Source of the DNA: Pseudomonadota bacterium
GTDB lineage: Bacteria > Pseudomonadota > Gammaproteobacteria > Burkholderiales > REEB80
Reading direction: 5' to 3'
Length of the DNA stretch: 64,000 bases
Assembly: GCA_028873515.1 (NCBI GenBank)
Contig: JAGWIG010000002.1
Location: 93,950-157,949 of the forward strand
The translations under genes were made by a program, and so were the position numbers. Under the pieces are notes generated by a model. The model searched no databases. It was not told the DNA's origin and worked only from the letters and a program-made list of their open reading frames with translations. This document shows positions 11,479 through 23,383 of the stretch, piece by piece (position 1 is the stretch's first letter; each line of letters starts with the position of its first letter).

Positions 11479-13401
11479 CTATCTACTAACAGCCTTGTCA
11501 TCTGCATTTAACAAAGAAAGAGCAGGTGGAACAGGAGCAAGCCAGCCCTTCAAAGAGGGTTTGGTCAATCCCAGGCCCATTGAATAATAGGTGGCATTGG
11601 CAAGCACTTTCTCAACATAGTCTCTTGTTTCAGCAAATGGGATGGTCTCGACCCATACCTCCCCATCCATTTCGCTTTTTGGCAACCAGCTAAAAACCCT
11701 TTCTGGACCAGCATTATAGGCAGCTGCACCCAAGGCCAGCAAATTATTACACCTTTGCAAGACATACTCGAGATACCATGTTCCCTGACCAATATTACGT
11801 GAAATGACACTGTTTTCCCCTCCGACCAAATCATCGCCACTCTTCTGATCGATCCAATGGCTTGTTTCCGGCATAAGCTGCATAAGCCCCATCGCGCCTG
11901 TATGAGAAACTGCGTCCGGAGAAAACCTGCTTTCCTGTCTCATTAGCCCTAAAACAAACGCTTCATTCAGATGCCGGCTATCGCTAAAATTACTGATGAT
12001 CTGACGAAATGGAATAGGAAACTCTAGAGCATAATTATGTAATAAATGAGATTGAAGTGCTGTATTAATGGCCAAATCATACCAATGATGTTCATTGGCA
12101 AAAGCTGATGCCGCAATCAAAGATCGATCATCCAGATCACGAATTGCATAAAACCACTGGGCATTCGCTTCTTCAGGCATGCCCTTAACCATGAGGCTAA
12201 CCACTATACGGAAACCAGTTCGCTTTGCAATTTTAGCAATATCCTTTTGAGTAGGCTGATAAGACTCATGAGGCCAATTTATTTTCTTGCCCAGATCTTC
12301 ACTTGCAAGCAAAGCAAAATATCCTTGACCATGAGAAATATTCATCAAAATATCGTGTGCATGCCGCTTATTTCCAAGCTCATTTTCACTTTTAGCAAGC
12401 CAGTACTGCCATTCTGGCAAATGAGCCATATCAGTCGGCATCACATTAATCGAGTCCCTCACCAAAGCCCAATCTCCGGCACTCAATGCACTTCTCGCCT
12501 TCCAGGCCATTTCTTCATATGTCAGAGTCAACCCGGCATGAGAAAAGTATCTGACCGCCCTCTCATCATGATTGAGCGCGGCACGCATGCCCATTCCAGC
12601 CCAAATACTCTCCCGATCTGCACGGTGAAAGCCAAACTGCAATTTTCTCCACTGAGCAACTGCCTCATCTGGATCAATCTTATAGGCTCTAAGAATCGCG
12701 AACCTGACTAATTCACGATCAGGTTTTAAGGAAAGGTTATAATGAGCATCCTTTAAAAACTTAATGGGATTCTGATTCACCTCTCCCAAATGGTTCATGC
12801 GTTTCTGATCTTCTCCTTCCAGAAAATGATCCACAATAAAGCGGGCAAGACTTACATCATCAGCATCAAGCACCAAACGTAACCTATCCCAAACAAGCGA
12901 ATAATTATTATTAGATATCAAAGTGGTAAATACAGGAAGACAGCTTGATGGTCTAGGATTTGGTGAAAGCCACAGTTTTCTGGCTTCATCCAGTACACCA
13001 GTTTCATCCTTCAGCAAACGCGCATTCAGGTCGTCACAGAAAAGTTGATTGTCAGGGTTAATTAACTTTACATAGTCTTTTCTGAAGGCTGTATAATTTT
13101 CACTCTTCCCAAGCTTCTCAAGCCATAGCCCCAATAACCGTTGTGAGAGTACACTGGATTTATTTGAAGCAACAAAGGCCATCACCTCCGCATTGGTCAA
13201 TGCATTCCAATTCAGCCTTAACTGCCAATACTTCACATAAAAATAAAGTGGGTCTTTTTGAAGCAGAGATCCGTAATGGGCCAGTAATTCAGGATCATGA
13301 TTGACATAAGCCTGTTTTGCGCCTACCCATGCATCATCCTGAACGGCGGCGAGAAGGGGTTGCGTTATACCAAACAAAATAATCAATAATAAAAATTTCA
13401 T
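11479..13401 (-). CDS. slt: Soluble lytic murein transglycosylase (Slt70-like)
   Basis: 640 aa with a signal peptide (MKFLLLIILFGITQPLLAA) and a long helical N-terminal region. The C-terminal SLT domain carries RQESRFSP, GLMQLMP and AYNAGP motifs. Confidence 0.85.
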   Translation of the reverse strand: MKFLLLIILFGITQPLLAAVQDDAWVGAKQAYVNHDPELLAHYGSLLQKDPLYFYVKYWQLRLNWNALTNAEVMAFVASNKSSVLSQRLLGLWLEKLGKSENYTAFRKDYVKLINPDNQLFCDDLNARLLKDETGVLDEARKLWLSPNPRPSSCLPVFTTLISNNNYSLVWDRLRLVLDADDVSLARFIVDHFLEGEDQKRMNHLGEVNQNPIKFLKDAHYNLSLKPDRELVRFAILRAYKIDPDEAVAQWRKLQFGFHRADRESIWAGMGMRAALNHDERAVRYFSHAGLTLTYEEMAWKARSALSAGDWALVRDSINVMPTDMAHLPEWQYWLAKSENELGNKRHAHDILMNISHGQGYFALLASEDLGKKINWPHESYQPTQKDIAKIAKRTGFRIVVSLMVKGMPEEANAQWFYAIRDLDDRSLIAASAFANEHHWYDLAINTALQSHLLHNYALEFPIPFRQIISNFSDSRHLNEAFVLGLMRQESRFSPDAVSHTGAMGLMQLMPETSHWIDQKSGDDLVGGENSVISRNIGQGTWYLEYVLQRCNNLLALGAAAYNAGPERVFSWLPKSEMDGEVWVETIPFAETRDYVEKVLANATYYSMGLGLTKPSLKGWLAPVPPALSLLNADDKAVSR

Positions 13402-13441
13402 TCAAGTTAATACCGATAATCATCACGGCAAGAAACCCGAT

Positions 13442-14992
13442 TTAACTCAGGAAAAGCCGGTATGCCGGATTCCCGGTTTCGTCATATGAAACATACCCCA
13501 AACGATCCAGAAAACTCTCAAACTCCTTCATCTCCACCTTAGGGACCTGCATACCCACAAGCACCCTTCCATAGTCAGTACCATGATTCCGATAATGAAA
13601 AAGACTAATGTTCCAATCAAGACTCATGGAATCCAGAAAACGCATCAGTGCCCCAGGACGCTCAGGAAATTCAAAGCGATATAACAACTCGTTTTTTATT
13701 TCCGGGGCATGGCCTCCCACAAGATGGCGGATATGAAGTTTTGCCATCTCATTATCACTAAAGTCCCAGGTTTCAAAACCTGCCGATAATAAATGATCAA
13801 TAATTCTAGTCGTCTCTTCCCGACTTGTAACCTGGATCCCTACAAAAACATGGGCCTGTCTTTTGTCGGCATAACGATAATTGAATTCAGTAATGCTGCG
13901 GGCACCAAGCTGGCGACAGAATGACTTGAAGCTACCAGGTGTTTCGGGTATGGTCACAGCCAGAATTGCCTCGCGTTTTTCTCCTAGTTCGGCCCGTTCA
14001 GCAACATGTTGAAGACGATCAAAATTCATGTTCGCGCCTGAGGCTATCGCAACAAGCGTTGCGCCTTCAAGACACTCTCGCTCAACATAGGCCTTAAGCC
14101 CAGCAATGGCCAAGGCGCCGGCAGGTTCAAGAATTGAACGGGTATCCTCGAATACATCCTTGATTGCCGCACAAATCTCGTCAGTGCTGACTTCGATCAT
14201 TTCATCCACAAGATTCTGACACAATCGAAAAGTCTGGTCTCCTACTTGCTTAACTGCTACCCCATCTGCAAAAAGTCCCACCTGATCAAGACGTACACGA
14301 TGTCCTGCAGCCAGAGAAAGGCTCATCGCATTTGCATCCACAGGCTCAATCCCTATGATTCGGGTAGAAGGGCTTATTCTTTTCACGTAAGCCGCAATCC
14401 CTGCTATCAACCCTCCCCCTCCGACAGGTACAAATATCGCATCAATCGGATTTTGATGCTGGCGCAGAATTTCCATTCCTATCGTACCTTGTCCAGCAAT
14501 TACATCAGGATCATCATAAGGATGAATGAACGTAAAATCAGACTCAAGAGAAATTTTAAGGGCATGCTCATAAGCCTCATCATAAGAATCTCCAGCCAGA
14601 ACCACTTTAGCGCCAAGTGCTTTTACTGCCTCAACTTTAATATGTGGTGTTGTTTCAGGCATTACAATTATGGCAGAGCATTGCAAACGCTGAGCAGCCA
14701 AAGCTACACCTTGCGCATGATTTCCAGCAGAAGCCGCAATAACACCACGTTCCATAGCTGTACGTGGCAGATTGATCATTTTATTGTAAGCCCCACGTAA
14801 CTTGAATGAAAATACCTGCTGCAAATCCTCACGTTTAAGCAGGACTTGGTTAGACAACCGTCTTGACAGATTAACCGAAACTTCAAGAGGACTCTCAATC
14901 GCAACATCATATACACGTGCGCGCAAGATACGCTCAAGATAATCTGTAGCATTCAACTCAAGGGCCCCATTCCGGGATACAGCATTATTCAT
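13442..14992 (-). CDS. ilvA: Biosynthetic threonine ammonia-lyase (threonine dehydratase)
   Basis: PLP-lysine motif SFKLRGAYN, a glycine loop GGGGLIAG, and duplicated C-terminal ACT-like regulatory domains. Trimmed from 15034 to the ATG at 14992 (MNNAVSR...), which is preceded by AGAGGTG. Confidence 0.92.
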   Translation of the reverse strand: MNNAVSRNGALELNATDYLERILRARVYDVAIESPLEVSVNLSRRLSNQVLLKREDLQQVFSFKLRGAYNKMINLPRTAMERGVIAASAGNHAQGVALAAQRLQCSAIIVMPETTPHIKVEAVKALGAKVVLAGDSYDEAYEHALKISLESDFTFIHPYDDPDVIAGQGTIGMEILRQHQNPIDAIFVPVGGGGLIAGIAAYVKRISPSTRIIGIEPVDANAMSLSLAAGHRVRLDQVGLFADGVAVKQVGDQTFRLCQNLVDEMIEVSTDEICAAIKDVFEDTRSILEPAGALAIAGLKAYVERECLEGATLVAIASGANMNFDRLQHVAERAELGEKREAILAVTIPETPGSFKSFCRQLGARSITEFNYRYADKRQAHVFVGIQVTSREETTRIIDHLLSAGFETWDFSDNEMAKLHIRHLVGGHAPEIKNELLYRFEFPERPGALMRFLDSMSLDWNISLFHYRNHGTDYGRVLVGMQVPKVEMKEFESFLDRLGYVSYDETGNPAYRLFLS

Positions 14993-15111
14993 AATGACAC
15001 CTCTAAGACAAGCACCTAGCGTAACAAAAAACAAGACAAATCAGAAGCGAGCACCTGCATAGCAAAATTTGTTAAGATAAACAGTTTATACAACTTTCAT
15101 TCAGGCAGGAC

Positions 15112-15792
15112 ATGTCTAAAATTCAAAACCAGCTCAAACTTGCAGTTGCCAAAGCTGCGCTAGCCTATGTACCTGACCAGGAAATTATCGGAATTGGTAC
15201 AGGCTCAACTGTCAACTGTTTTATTGATTTACTAGGCGACCAGCAAGCTGGAAAAATCCGGGCCGCTGTAGCAAGTTCCATTGCATCTGCTGATAGACTC
15301 CGCCACTGGGGCATAGAGGTCATTGATCTCAATTCAGTCGATAAATTACCTGTCTATATCGATGGTGCAGATGAGATCAATTGCCAACTTCACATGATAA
15401 AAGGCGGAGGCGGTGCCTTAACCCGAGAAAAAATTCTTGCCGCCGCCAGTACAGATTTTGTGTGTATCGCTGATTCATCCAAACTGGTTGAACATCTTGG
15501 CACATTTCCTCTTCCTATTGAAGTCATTCCTATGGCCTGTAACTATGTTGCTAGGAAAATGGCTTCATTTGGAGGAAAACCCATTGTGCGGGAAGGAAAA
15601 ATCACCGACAATGGTAATGTTATAATTGATGTCCATAACCTTGTTATTACCGATCCGGTAAGCTTGGAAACAGAAATCAATCAAATTGCGGGAGTAGTCT
15701 CCTGTGGTCTCTTCGCACATCGGGGCGCCGATGTTTTATTGCTAGGCTGCAATTCAGGCGTCAAAACACTCCTTCCCTACAGCCATTCTTGA
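15112..15792 (+). CDS. rpiA: Ribose-5-phosphate isomerase A
   Basis: 226 aa. [13 protein letters not shown] and [11 protein letters not shown] motifs are typical of RpiA. Confidence 0.93.
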   Translation: MSKIQNQLKLAVAKAALAYVPDQEIIGIGTGSTVNCFIDLLGDQQAGKIRAAVASSIASADRLRHWGIEVIDLNSVDKLPVYIDGADEINCQLHMIKGGGGALTREKILAAASTDFVCIADSSKLVEHLGTFPLPIEVIPMACNYVARKMASFGGKPIVREGKITDNGNVIIDVHNLVITDPVSLETEINQIAGVVSCGLFAHRGADVLLLGCNSGVKTLLPYSHS

Positions 15793-15897
15793 ATTTTAGA
15801 TGAAATCGCCAAAAGTTACTTAACAAAGCCCTGCCATATTTGTTAACCTTGAATTATTGACAACCATGACGCGTGCTGCAAAACAGGAATTCATATC

Positions 15898-16599
15898 ATG
15901 CATGAACATACTTCAAAACAATTCGATGCCGATCTAGAAGCGGTTCGCTCACGTGTTCTCAAAATGGGTGGCCTTGTAGAAGAGCAAATAGTCAAGTCTG
16001 TTGAAGCACTTACTACAGGAAATATTGAACTGGCAAAGCAGGTGCAACAACAGGATCATCTTGTCAATGGCATGGAAGTTGCCATTGATGAAGACTGTAA
16101 TCACATTATTGCCAGAAGACAGCCTACAGCAGGAGATCTGCGCATGGTCATGACAGTTGTCAAGACCATTACTGATCTGGAGCGAATTGGTGATGAAGCA
16201 GCAAAAATTGCCCGAATGACCCTAACACTTTATGGAGCCAATCGACTCACTTCACCGCGTTTCTCAGAAATCCGGCTTATGAGTAGCCAGGCGCTCGATA
16301 TGCTGCGTACTTCGTTAGATGCATTCGCTAGATTAGAGGTGGCTTCAGCAGTCCAGGTCGCCAAACAGGATCTGCAGGTAGATGATGAATTTAAAGGCCT
16401 ATTACGCCATCTCATTACGTTCATGATGGAAGATCCACGGACTATTTCCGACTCAATCGATATTCTCTTCGCTGCAAAAGCCATAGAAAGAATGGGGGAT
16501 CATGCAAAAAACATGGCTGAGTATGTTGTGTATATGGTTAAGGGGAAGGATGTCCGTCATACGAACATCCTTGAACTTGAGCAAGAACTGCAGGATTAA
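15898..16599 (+). CDS. phoU: Phosphate signaling complex protein PhoU
   Basis: 233 aa. Two PhoU repeats each carry the ERIGD/ERMGDHA motif. It stands alone, with no pstSCAB in the window. Confidence 0.92.
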   Translation: MHEHTSKQFDADLEAVRSRVLKMGGLVEEQIVKSVEALTTGNIELAKQVQQQDHLVNGMEVAIDEDCNHIIARRQPTAGDLRMVMTVVKTITDLERIGDEAAKIARMTLTLYGANRLTSPRFSEIRLMSSQALDMLRTSLDAFARLEVASAVQVAKQDLQVDDEFKGLLRHLITFMMEDPRTISDSIDILFAAKAIERMGDHAKNMAEYVVYMVKGKDVRHTNILELEQELQD

Positions 16600-16625
16600 A
16601 CCATTCATTCTTTCAAGTCGCGGGA

Positions 16626-16892
16626 TTAAGGGGGGACATAACCTGAAGCTGTCTCTGCCCCATCACCAAAAAAATGTTTTTCAGTTTGCTCGGCAAGATA
16701 TTTCCGAGCTTTGGGATCTGCAAGATTCAGCCTATATTCATTAACAAGCATGGTCTGTTGACGAACCCATTCCTGCCAAGCCTGCTTCGAAACACAATCA
16801 TAGATACGCTTGCCAAGCGCCCCTGGATAAGGGGGAAAATCAAGCCCATCGGCATCCACTCCAAGTTTAATGCAATGTACTGTTCTAGCCAT
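16626..16892 (-). CDS. yggX: Oxidative damage protection / Fe(2+)-trafficking protein YggX
   Basis: 88 aa. [42 protein letters not shown] matches the YggX family pattern. Confidence 0.88.
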   Translation of the reverse strand: MARTVHCIKLGVDADGLDFPPYPGALGKRIYDCVSKQAWQEWVRQQTMLVNEYRLNLADPKARKYLAEQTEKHFFGDGAETASGYVPP

Positions 16893-16912
16893 AAATCTCC
16901 CTGGATTCGCAG

Positions 16913-18262
16913 TTAGATGTTAATCAGGCAAGCAGACATATTCAGTCTGCGGATAAATATCTTTGACCGCCTCTGATGATTATATAATTCCTGCCGTGAT
17001 TTTGGCAGTTGTGAAATATCGGCTTCGAGAAAACCATGTTCAATAAACCAATGGGCTGTCCGCGTAGTCAAAACAAAAAGGCTTTCCATCCCTCCTTGTC
17101 TTGCCAACTCAGTAACGTGTTCAAGTAACACCTCGCCGTACTTGCCCGCTCGATAATCGGGATGAACAGCAAGACAAGCCATTTCGGCAAGTTTTTCACT
17201 GACAAAAGGATAAAATGACACACAACCAATTATAAGCCCGTCATGCTCGATAACGATAAAGTGCTCAATATCCTGCTCGATTCGATCAGATGAACGAGGA
17301 ACCAGTAAGCCCTGCTCAACCATAGGGTTTATCAATGCCAGAATTCCCGAAACATCATCAATCCCAGCGGGTCGCAGGGATTCTATGCGATCAATGGTTA
17401 ACATTGTTCCACAACCATCATGCGTAAATAACTCATGCAGAATGGCCCCATCTGTATGTCTGCCAATAAAATGTGCCCTTTGAACACCATGCTTCAGAGC
17501 ATTGGCTGCATGAGGGAAAAACAACCTGATATCTTCATCAGCAGCCTTTGCATGCTTAAACCAAGTCATCCCTTCCTGCACGGTCAACGCGCGCAGTAAT
17601 TCGCCATTTTTACCCATGACTCCGGGAGAATCCATTAGAAATATCAATTTATTTGCCTCAAGTGCAATGGCTACCTGTGCGGCAACTTCTTCAACTGCAA
17701 GATTAAACACTTCTCCTGTAGGAGAATATCCTAGAGGCGACATCAACACCATTTCACCAAATTCGAGTCTGGAACGAATTGCATCCGCATCAATACGGCG
17801 TACTTCACCAGTATGCTGCAAATCCACACCTTCCCGAATCCCGGCAGGACGGGCAACAACAAAATTTCCACCTGCAACACGAAGTCTTGCGTTGTGCATC
17901 GGTGAATCAGCAAGCCCCATCGATAAAATGGCCTCGATTTCAACGCGTGCAATCGCCGAAGTTTCAATCACACACTCCAACGCTTCCTGATCAGTCACTC
18001 GTAAACCCGCAGCATATTGAATCCTGGCATTCTGCGCTCGAAGCTTTTCTTCAACCTGTGGACGGATGCCATAAACCATAACCAGCTTCACACCAAGACT
18101 ATTAAGTAAATTCAAATCATGCGCCAAGGCAATAAACTGCCCATCTACCAGAACTTCACCCCCAAATGCGAGTACAAAAGTTTGCCCACGGAAAGCATGA
18201 ATATAAGGTGCCACATCTCGAAACCAGCGTACAAACTGAACAGGTTTATTTCGTATACTCAA
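16913..18262 (-). CDS. argA: Amino-acid N-acetyltransferase (N-acetylglutamate synthase)
   Basis: N-terminal amino-acid-kinase fold ([27 protein letters not shown]) plus a C-terminal GNAT domain. Track start 18352 would overlap rsmE. I use the in-frame TTG at 18262, preceded by GAGGAG 6 nt upstream, which leaves a clean 10-nt gap to the rsmE stop. Confidence 0.9.
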   Translation of the reverse strand: MSIRNKPVQFVRWFRDVAPYIHAFRGQTFVLAFGGEVLVDGQFIALAHDLNLLNSLGVKLVMVYGIRPQVEEKLRAQNARIQYAAGLRVTDQEALECVIETSAIARVEIEAILSMGLADSPMHNARLRVAGGNFVVARPAGIREGVDLQHTGEVRRIDADAIRSRLEFGEMVLMSPLGYSPTGEVFNLAVEEVAAQVAIALEANKLIFLMDSPGVMGKNGELLRALTVQEGMTWFKHAKAADEDIRLFFPHAANALKHGVQRAHFIGRHTDGAILHELFTHDGCGTMLTIDRIESLRPAGIDDVSGILALINPMVEQGLLVPRSSDRIEQDIEHFIVIEHDGLIIGCVSFYPFVSEKLAEMACLAVHPDYRAGKYGEVLLEHVTELARQGGMESLFVLTTRTAHWFIEHGFLEADISQLPKSRQELYNHQRRSKIFIRRLNMSACLINI

Positions 18263-18272
18263 GCAATTCTCC

Positions 18273-19001
18273 TCAGAAATCCCCCCAAAGGGCGTTAATG
18301 GCAGAAAGCGCAGCAAGAGCAGCAGTTTCGGTACGAAGAATGCGTGGGCCAAGTTTTACAGCTACAAATCCCGACCTTAAGGCTTTCTGCTCCTCAGTCT
18401 CGGTCAGACCTCCTTCCGGCCCCACAAGAAGACTCAAATTGCTCGGCGCCAAAAAGGAGCTAAATCCATGATCTGAACGAGGAGACAGCATAAACTTAAC
18501 CCCTTCCTCAGAACTGGTTTTCAAATAAGAATCCAACGACTCTATCGGTGCTACCTTTGGCACTATGCTGCGCCCACATTGCTCACAAGCTGAAACAACA
18601 ACCTGTCTCCAATGAGAAACACGGCGGGTAGCCTTTTCTACATCAAGTTTGCTAAGACAGCGCTGGGTCAGTAATGGAACAATTTTTACGACCCCCAATT
18701 CCACAGCTTTTTGCAATGTAAAATCCATTTTGTCCGCGGCCGATATGCCTTGTGCCAATTCCATCATGACAGGTGATTCCCGATCCGGTATTGAACAGGT
18801 TTCGGTTATGATATATACCCCAGATTTGGACAGGCTTAATATCCGGGAAAGATAATCTTTCCCTTCCCCATCAAAAAGTGTGACATGATCGCCAGGTTTA
18901 AGGCGAAGAACATGCGCAGCATGATGCCCGGCCGATTCTGACATTCGTGTCTCTATTCCAACACATAGTAATTCCGGATGAAAAAAACGGGGTTCACGCA
19001 T
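18273..19001 (-). CDS. rsmE: 16S rRNA (uracil1498-N3)-methyltransferase RsmE
   Basis: 242 aa. N-terminus MREPRFFHPE..., HHAAHVLRLKPGD (PUA-like part) and the C-terminal SPOUT knot GPEGGLTETE ... LGPRILRTETAALAALS. Confidence 0.88.
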   Translation of the reverse strand: MREPRFFHPELLCVGIETRMSESAGHHAAHVLRLKPGDHVTLFDGEGKDYLSRILSLSKSGVYIITETCSIPDRESPVMMELAQGISAADKMDFTLQKAVELGVVKIVPLLTQRCLSKLDVEKATRRVSHWRQVVVSACEQCGRSIVPKVAPIESLDSYLKTSSEEGVKFMLSPRSDHGFSSFLAPSNLSLLVGPEGGLTETEEQKALRSGFVAVKLGPRILRTETAALAALSAINALWGDF

Positions 19002-19304
19002 GCAGAGCCTTTACAGAAAACTTGATTTTCTCCTGGAAAACCATCATCACTTCTTATTATTCATCCAACCAATCTTAAATTCTGGGTTTTTCGAGTCAAT
19101 AAATACACTTAGCAAAAAAACGGATTGATCGATTTATTGGCCAATGACAACTTGTTATAAATCAGAGTATAAGTTCTATAAAGATTTAATGACATAGTTC
19201 CTGTTGCATATTTAGCTTAAATTTTCACCATGACAACCTTATTATTTTGGCAATAGGGGGTTACACTTAACAGACATTTAAACTAGGCAGGCCCAATTGA
19301 TGCC

Positions 19305-19862
19305 ATGATCAGCCTACAGACGCCTATTTGTAATTTTGGTGAAAAAGCCCCAGAATTCAAACTAGTTCAAAACCAGAAAACCTACACCTTAAATGAGGTG
19401 AGAGATGAAAAGGGGCTTCTGGTCATCTTCATGTGCAACCACTGTCCCTATGTGAAATGCATTTTACCCGATCTGGTCATAACAGTTCATAAATGCCAGG
19501 CGATGAAAATCGGATGTCTTGCCATCATGTCCAATGACATCAACGATTATCCGGAAGATTCACCTAAAAATATGAAAGCCCTGTCCGAGTCATTCCATTT
19601 TTCCTTCCCTTATCTTTATGATGCATCTCAGGAGATTGCCAAAAAATTTGGTGCCATTTGCACCCCAGATTTTTTTGGATATAACAGCAATCTTGAACTC
19701 CAGTATCGTGGAAGATTTGACTCAAGGGGAAAAAGCACAGGATCTTTCGGAAATAATGATCTCATTGAGGCAATGCACCTCATTGCCTTAACTGGTTCAG
19801 GCCCTAAAAACCAGTCCCCATCAATTGGATGTTCTATCAAATGGAAAAACCAAAACAAATAA
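19305..19862 (+). CDS. Thioredoxin-fold (AhpC/TSA-like) protein
   Basis: 185 aa with a CNHCPYV redox-type motif in a thioredoxin-fold context (LLVIFMCNHCPYVK). The exact function is not inferable from sequence. Confidence 0.7.
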   Translation: MISLQTPICNFGEKAPEFKLVQNQKTYTLNEVRDEKGLLVIFMCNHCPYVKCILPDLVITVHKCQAMKIGCLAIMSNDINDYPEDSPKNMKALSESFHFSFPYLYDASQEIAKKFGAICTPDFFGYNSNLELQYRGRFDSRGKSTGSFGNNDLIEAMHLIALTGSGPKNQSPSIGCSIKWKNQNK

Positions 19863-20065
19863 TGTACCTTTACGAAAGTTGAAATAGCCCAGTTATTCAG
19901 CCATAATTTCACATTTCAGGCACCCACTCTGGCATGGGCTCTGTAATTAGCCTGTCAATTCTCCTGTTTATCCTATTTGGGTATTTCGGTTTGAGCCGGA
20001 TTCTTGAGAAAAAGCATAATTTTTTTGGCATACAGATTTCATTCTGATTGACAAGGAATCATCAA

Positions 20066-22060
20066 ATGGCAACTCGCAAGGATCTCGCCAACGCTATTCG
20101 TGCCTTGGCAATGGATGCCGTACAAAAAGCAAATTCCGGCCACCCTGGCATGCCCATGGGGATGGCTGATATAGCTGAAGTACTCTGGCGAAAACATCTA
20201 CACCATAATCCTGCCAACCCACATTTTCCAAACCGCGATCGTTTCGTTTTATCTAACGGCCATGGGTGCATGCTGCTATACGCTCTACTCCATCTAAGTG
20301 GGTACAATTTACCTATGAGCGAAATTAAACAGTTCAGGCAACTGCATTCCAAAACCCCCGGCCACCCCGAATATGGTGTTACTCCCGGTGTGGAAACAAC
20401 AACAGGGCCATTAGGTCAAGGTATAGGTAATGGGGTAGGCATGGCCATAGCCGAGCGAATCCTGGCAGAATATTTCAATCGTCCAGGCCATGAGATAGTC
20501 AATCATTATACCTATGTCTTTCATGGGGATGGCTGTCTCATGGAAGGAATCTCTCATGAAGCCTGTTCTATAGCCGGTACTCTGGGCCTGGGTAAACTCA
20601 TTATGTTTTACGACGATAATGGGATTTCTATTGATGGAGCAGTCAAAGGCTGGTTTACAGACGACACCCCAAAACGTTTTGAGGCTTATGGCTGGCAAGT
20701 AATTCCCCATGTTGACGGACATAATGCAGAGTCCATCGAATCAGCTATCCTAATGGCAAAATCGGATCAGGCCAGACCAACCCTAATCTGTTGCAAAACT
20801 GTCATTGGATTTGGCAGCCCCAATAAAGCAGGGAGTGAAAAAGCTCACGGCAGCCCTCTTGGCATAGATGAGGTTGCTGCAGCACGAAAGGAGCTAGGCT
20901 GGCCTTACCCGCCTTTTGTAATCCCGGAAGACATCTATGCAGCATGGGATGCCAAAGTTCAAGGTAAGAGACTTGAAGAGGACTGGAATATCAAATTTTC
21001 CAAATACTGCAAGACTTTTCCGGAACTGGCTTCAGAATATGAACGTAGAGTTTCTGGTCAGCTCCCTGATGGCTTTGAAGTAGGTATCGAAAAAGCCATT
21101 TCCTCCATAATTGCCAAACGCGAATCAATCGCAACAAGAAAAGCTAGCCAGCAGGCCATTTCTGTTCTTGCATCTCTTCTACCAGAACTTATTGGGGGAT
21201 CGGCGGACCTGACTGAATCAAACCTGACTGAATGGGCAAATGCCCAGCAGATAAACCATCAGAAAAATGGTAATTATCTTCATTATGGGGTACGTGAGTT
21301 CGGAATGTCAGCCATTATTAATGGGATAACTCTTCATGGCGGACTCATCTCTTTCGGTGGCACATTCCTTACCTTTTCTGATTATGCCCGAAATGCCCTA
21401 CGTCTAGCTTCCCTGATGAAAATCAGAAGCATTTTCATTTTTACCCATGACTCCATAGGGCTTGGCGAAGATGGCCCAACACACCAACCAATCGAGCAAG
21501 CAGCTTCATTGCGCTATATCCCAGGCATGGATGTCTGGCGCCCGGCAGACACACTGGAAACAATGCAAGCCTGGGTTTCTGCAGTAAAAAAAAGCAATGG
21601 GCCAAGCTGTTTACTTCTTTCCAGACAAAATCTGCCTTTCACCGATCGCTCTGTGGAGCAAATTTCGGACATAAAACGTGGAGGTTATATCCTGAAAGAT
21701 TGTGCAGGCCAACCAGAAATCATCATTATTGCTACTGGATCTGAGGTTGGTCTAGCCCTAAAAACTCAGGAAGCCATGACAGATTTGCGAGTACGGGTGG
21801 TCTCCATGCCCTGTACTAATATTTTTGACCGTCAGGAACCATCATGGCAACAACATGTGCTCCCTGATGGGATTCCACGTCTTGCTCTTGAAGCCGGAAC
21901 CGCTGATTTCTGGAGAAAGTACGTCGGACTGGAGGGTGGAGTCATTGGAATGAACTCCTTCGGAGAATCCGCTCCAGCAGACAAACTTTTTGATTATTTC
22001 GGTTTCACGGTCGAAAACGTAAGCAAACTCGTCCGCCAGACCCTTATGGCTAACAAATGA
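20066..22060 (+). CDS. tkt: Transketolase
   Basis: [25 protein letters not shown] and [13 protein letters not shown] are TPP-binding signatures. Track start TTG 20048 was trimmed to ATG 20066, with AAGGA 8 nt upstream. Confidence 0.95.
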   Translation: MATRKDLANAIRALAMDAVQKANSGHPGMPMGMADIAEVLWRKHLHHNPANPHFPNRDRFVLSNGHGCMLLYALLHLSGYNLPMSEIKQFRQLHSKTPGHPEYGVTPGVETTTGPLGQGIGNGVGMAIAERILAEYFNRPGHEIVNHYTYVFHGDGCLMEGISHEACSIAGTLGLGKLIMFYDDNGISIDGAVKGWFTDDTPKRFEAYGWQVIPHVDGHNAESIESAILMAKSDQARPTLICCKTVIGFGSPNKAGSEKAHGSPLGIDEVAAARKELGWPYPPFVIPEDIYAAWDAKVQGKRLEEDWNIKFSKYCKTFPELASEYERRVSGQLPDGFEVGIEKAISSIIAKRESIATRKASQQAISVLASLLPELIGGSADLTESNLTEWANAQQINHQKNGNYLHYGVREFGMSAIINGITLHGGLISFGGTFLTFSDYARNALRLASLMKIRSIFIFTHDSIGLGEDGPTHQPIEQAASLRYIPGMDVWRPADTLETMQAWVSAVKKSNGPSCLLLSRQNLPFTDRSVEQISDIKRGGYILKDCAGQPEIIIIATGSEVGLALKTQEAMTDLRVRVVSMPCTNIFDRQEPSWQQHVLPDGIPRLALEAGTADFWRKYVGLEGGVIGMNSFGESAPADKLFDYFGFTVENVSKLVRQTLMANK

Positions 22061-22175
22061 GTGCGATAGCCATTTTCATTCAATAACATGATTCAGCCGA
22101 TATGACAAAAACACAGGAATATATCCGGTTTTTTCCCCGATTCGGAATCTATCCTATGCCTAGAGGATAACATCA

Positions 22176-23372
22176 GTGCCTATCATCAACATGCTCAGTC
22201 TGGATCTGCACAATAAGCGTGTCATGATTCGTGAAGATTTCAATGTTCCGCTAAAAGAGGATGGAAAAATTACTGATGACACACGCATCCGGGCGTGCAT
22301 TCCAACCATTAAAGCGGCTTTAAAGCAAAGTGCAAAAATCATCCTTTTAAGTCATCTTGGGCGGCCAAAAGAAGGATATCCTGACGCTTCCCTGTCTCTT
22401 TTACCTGTTGCCAGGCATCTGGAACAACTGCTTCATTATCCAGTAAGATTCGTAGAAAACTGGCTAGACGGCATAACAATCAATCCTGGAGAAATCGTCC
22501 TTTGTGAGAATGTTCGATTTAACATCGGTGAAGAAACGAACAACGAAAACCTCGCACGAAAAATGGCTGCGCTTTGCGATATTTTTATAATGGACGCCTT
22601 CGGAACTGCTCATCGCGCACAGGCCTCCACAGAAGGGATAGCCCGATTTTCTCCTATCGCCGCAGCCGGGCCTTTGCTTGTTAATGAACTCAATGCATTG
22701 CATCAGGCGTTAAAAAACCCGGCACGCCCCATGGTTGCAATCGTTGGGGGAGCAAAAGTATCAGGAAAACTGAAGCTTCTTGAAAACTTACTGGATCAGA
22801 CCGAATTTCTTATTGTTGGAGGAGGTATTGCGAATACCTTTCTCGCAGCTACCGGTAAACCTGTTGGCTGCTCCCTGTATGAACCCAAACTGGTAGATGA
22901 TGCAAGAAATATTCTTCATCAAGCGGAAATGAAGGGCATCCAGATTCCCATCCCGGTTGATGTTGTCTGTGGCAAATCCTTTAGCTCAACAACAAAGGCA
23001 GCCATCAAGAATACAGATAAAGTCGAACCGGATGATCTGATACTCGATATTGGTCCCCATTCATGTGAAACCCTGGAAAAAATCATGAAAAGTGCTGGAA
23101 CAATTGTCTGGAATGGGCCAGTTGGGGTATTCGAATTTCCAGCCTTCTCTCAAGGCACCAGAAGGCTTGCGCAAGCCATCGCTGAGTCCCCGGCCTTCTC
23201 GATTGCTGGTGGAGGGGATACACTTGCTGCTATCGCCCAGTTTAATATCGCTGACCACATTTCCTATATCTCGACCGGTGGTGGAGCTTTCCTGGAATAT
23301 CTTGAAGGGCGTGTACTTCCAGCTGTAGCCATCCTTGAAACACGTGGCAGCAACTATTCAATCCAAGTATAA
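22176..23372 (+). CDS. pgk: Phosphoglycerate kinase
   Basis: 398 aa. [28 protein letters not shown] and STGGGAFLE blocks are present. The GTG start has GAGGA 8 nt upstream; ATG at 22191 is an alternative. Confidence 0.94.
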   Translation: MPIINMLSLDLHNKRVMIREDFNVPLKEDGKITDDTRIRACIPTIKAALKQSAKIILLSHLGRPKEGYPDASLSLLPVARHLEQLLHYPVRFVENWLDGITINPGEIVLCENVRFNIGEETNNENLARKMAALCDIFIMDAFGTAHRAQASTEGIARFSPIAAAGPLLVNELNALHQALKNPARPMVAIVGGAKVSGKLKLLENLLDQTEFLIVGGGIANTFLAATGKPVGCSLYEPKLVDDARNILHQAEMKGIQIPIPVDVVCGKSFSSTTKAAIKNTDKVEPDDLILDIGPHSCETLEKIMKSAGTIVWNGPVGVFEFPAFSQGTRRLAQAIAESPAFSIAGGGDTLAAIAQFNIADHISYISTGGGAFLEYLEGRVLPAVAILETRGSNYSIQV

Positions 23373-23383
23373 CGAATATATCA

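Noticed and set aside
12247-12711. Long antisense 'shadow' ORFs inside well-supported genes, for example 12247..12711, 14246..14800, 17616..17990, 36287..36691, 51498..51959 and 23956..24321.
   Set aside because: Each lies wholly within, and antisense or out of frame to, a gene with strong family signatures. Their compositions are typical of shadow frames.
15793-15897. Possible Pho box (CTGCCATATTTGTTAACC) upstream of phoU.
   Set aside because: It matches the CTGTCATA-type direct-repeat consensus only partially, and there is no second clear half-site. The signal is too weak to call.
19934-20047. 37-aa hydrophobic small ORF upstream of tkt (MGSVISLSILLFILFGYFGLSRILEKKHNFFGIQISF).
   Set aside because: It looks like a TM helix plus a basic tail, but it has no SD and lies in AT-rich spacer, where such ORFs arise by chance. 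I cannot assess conservation here.
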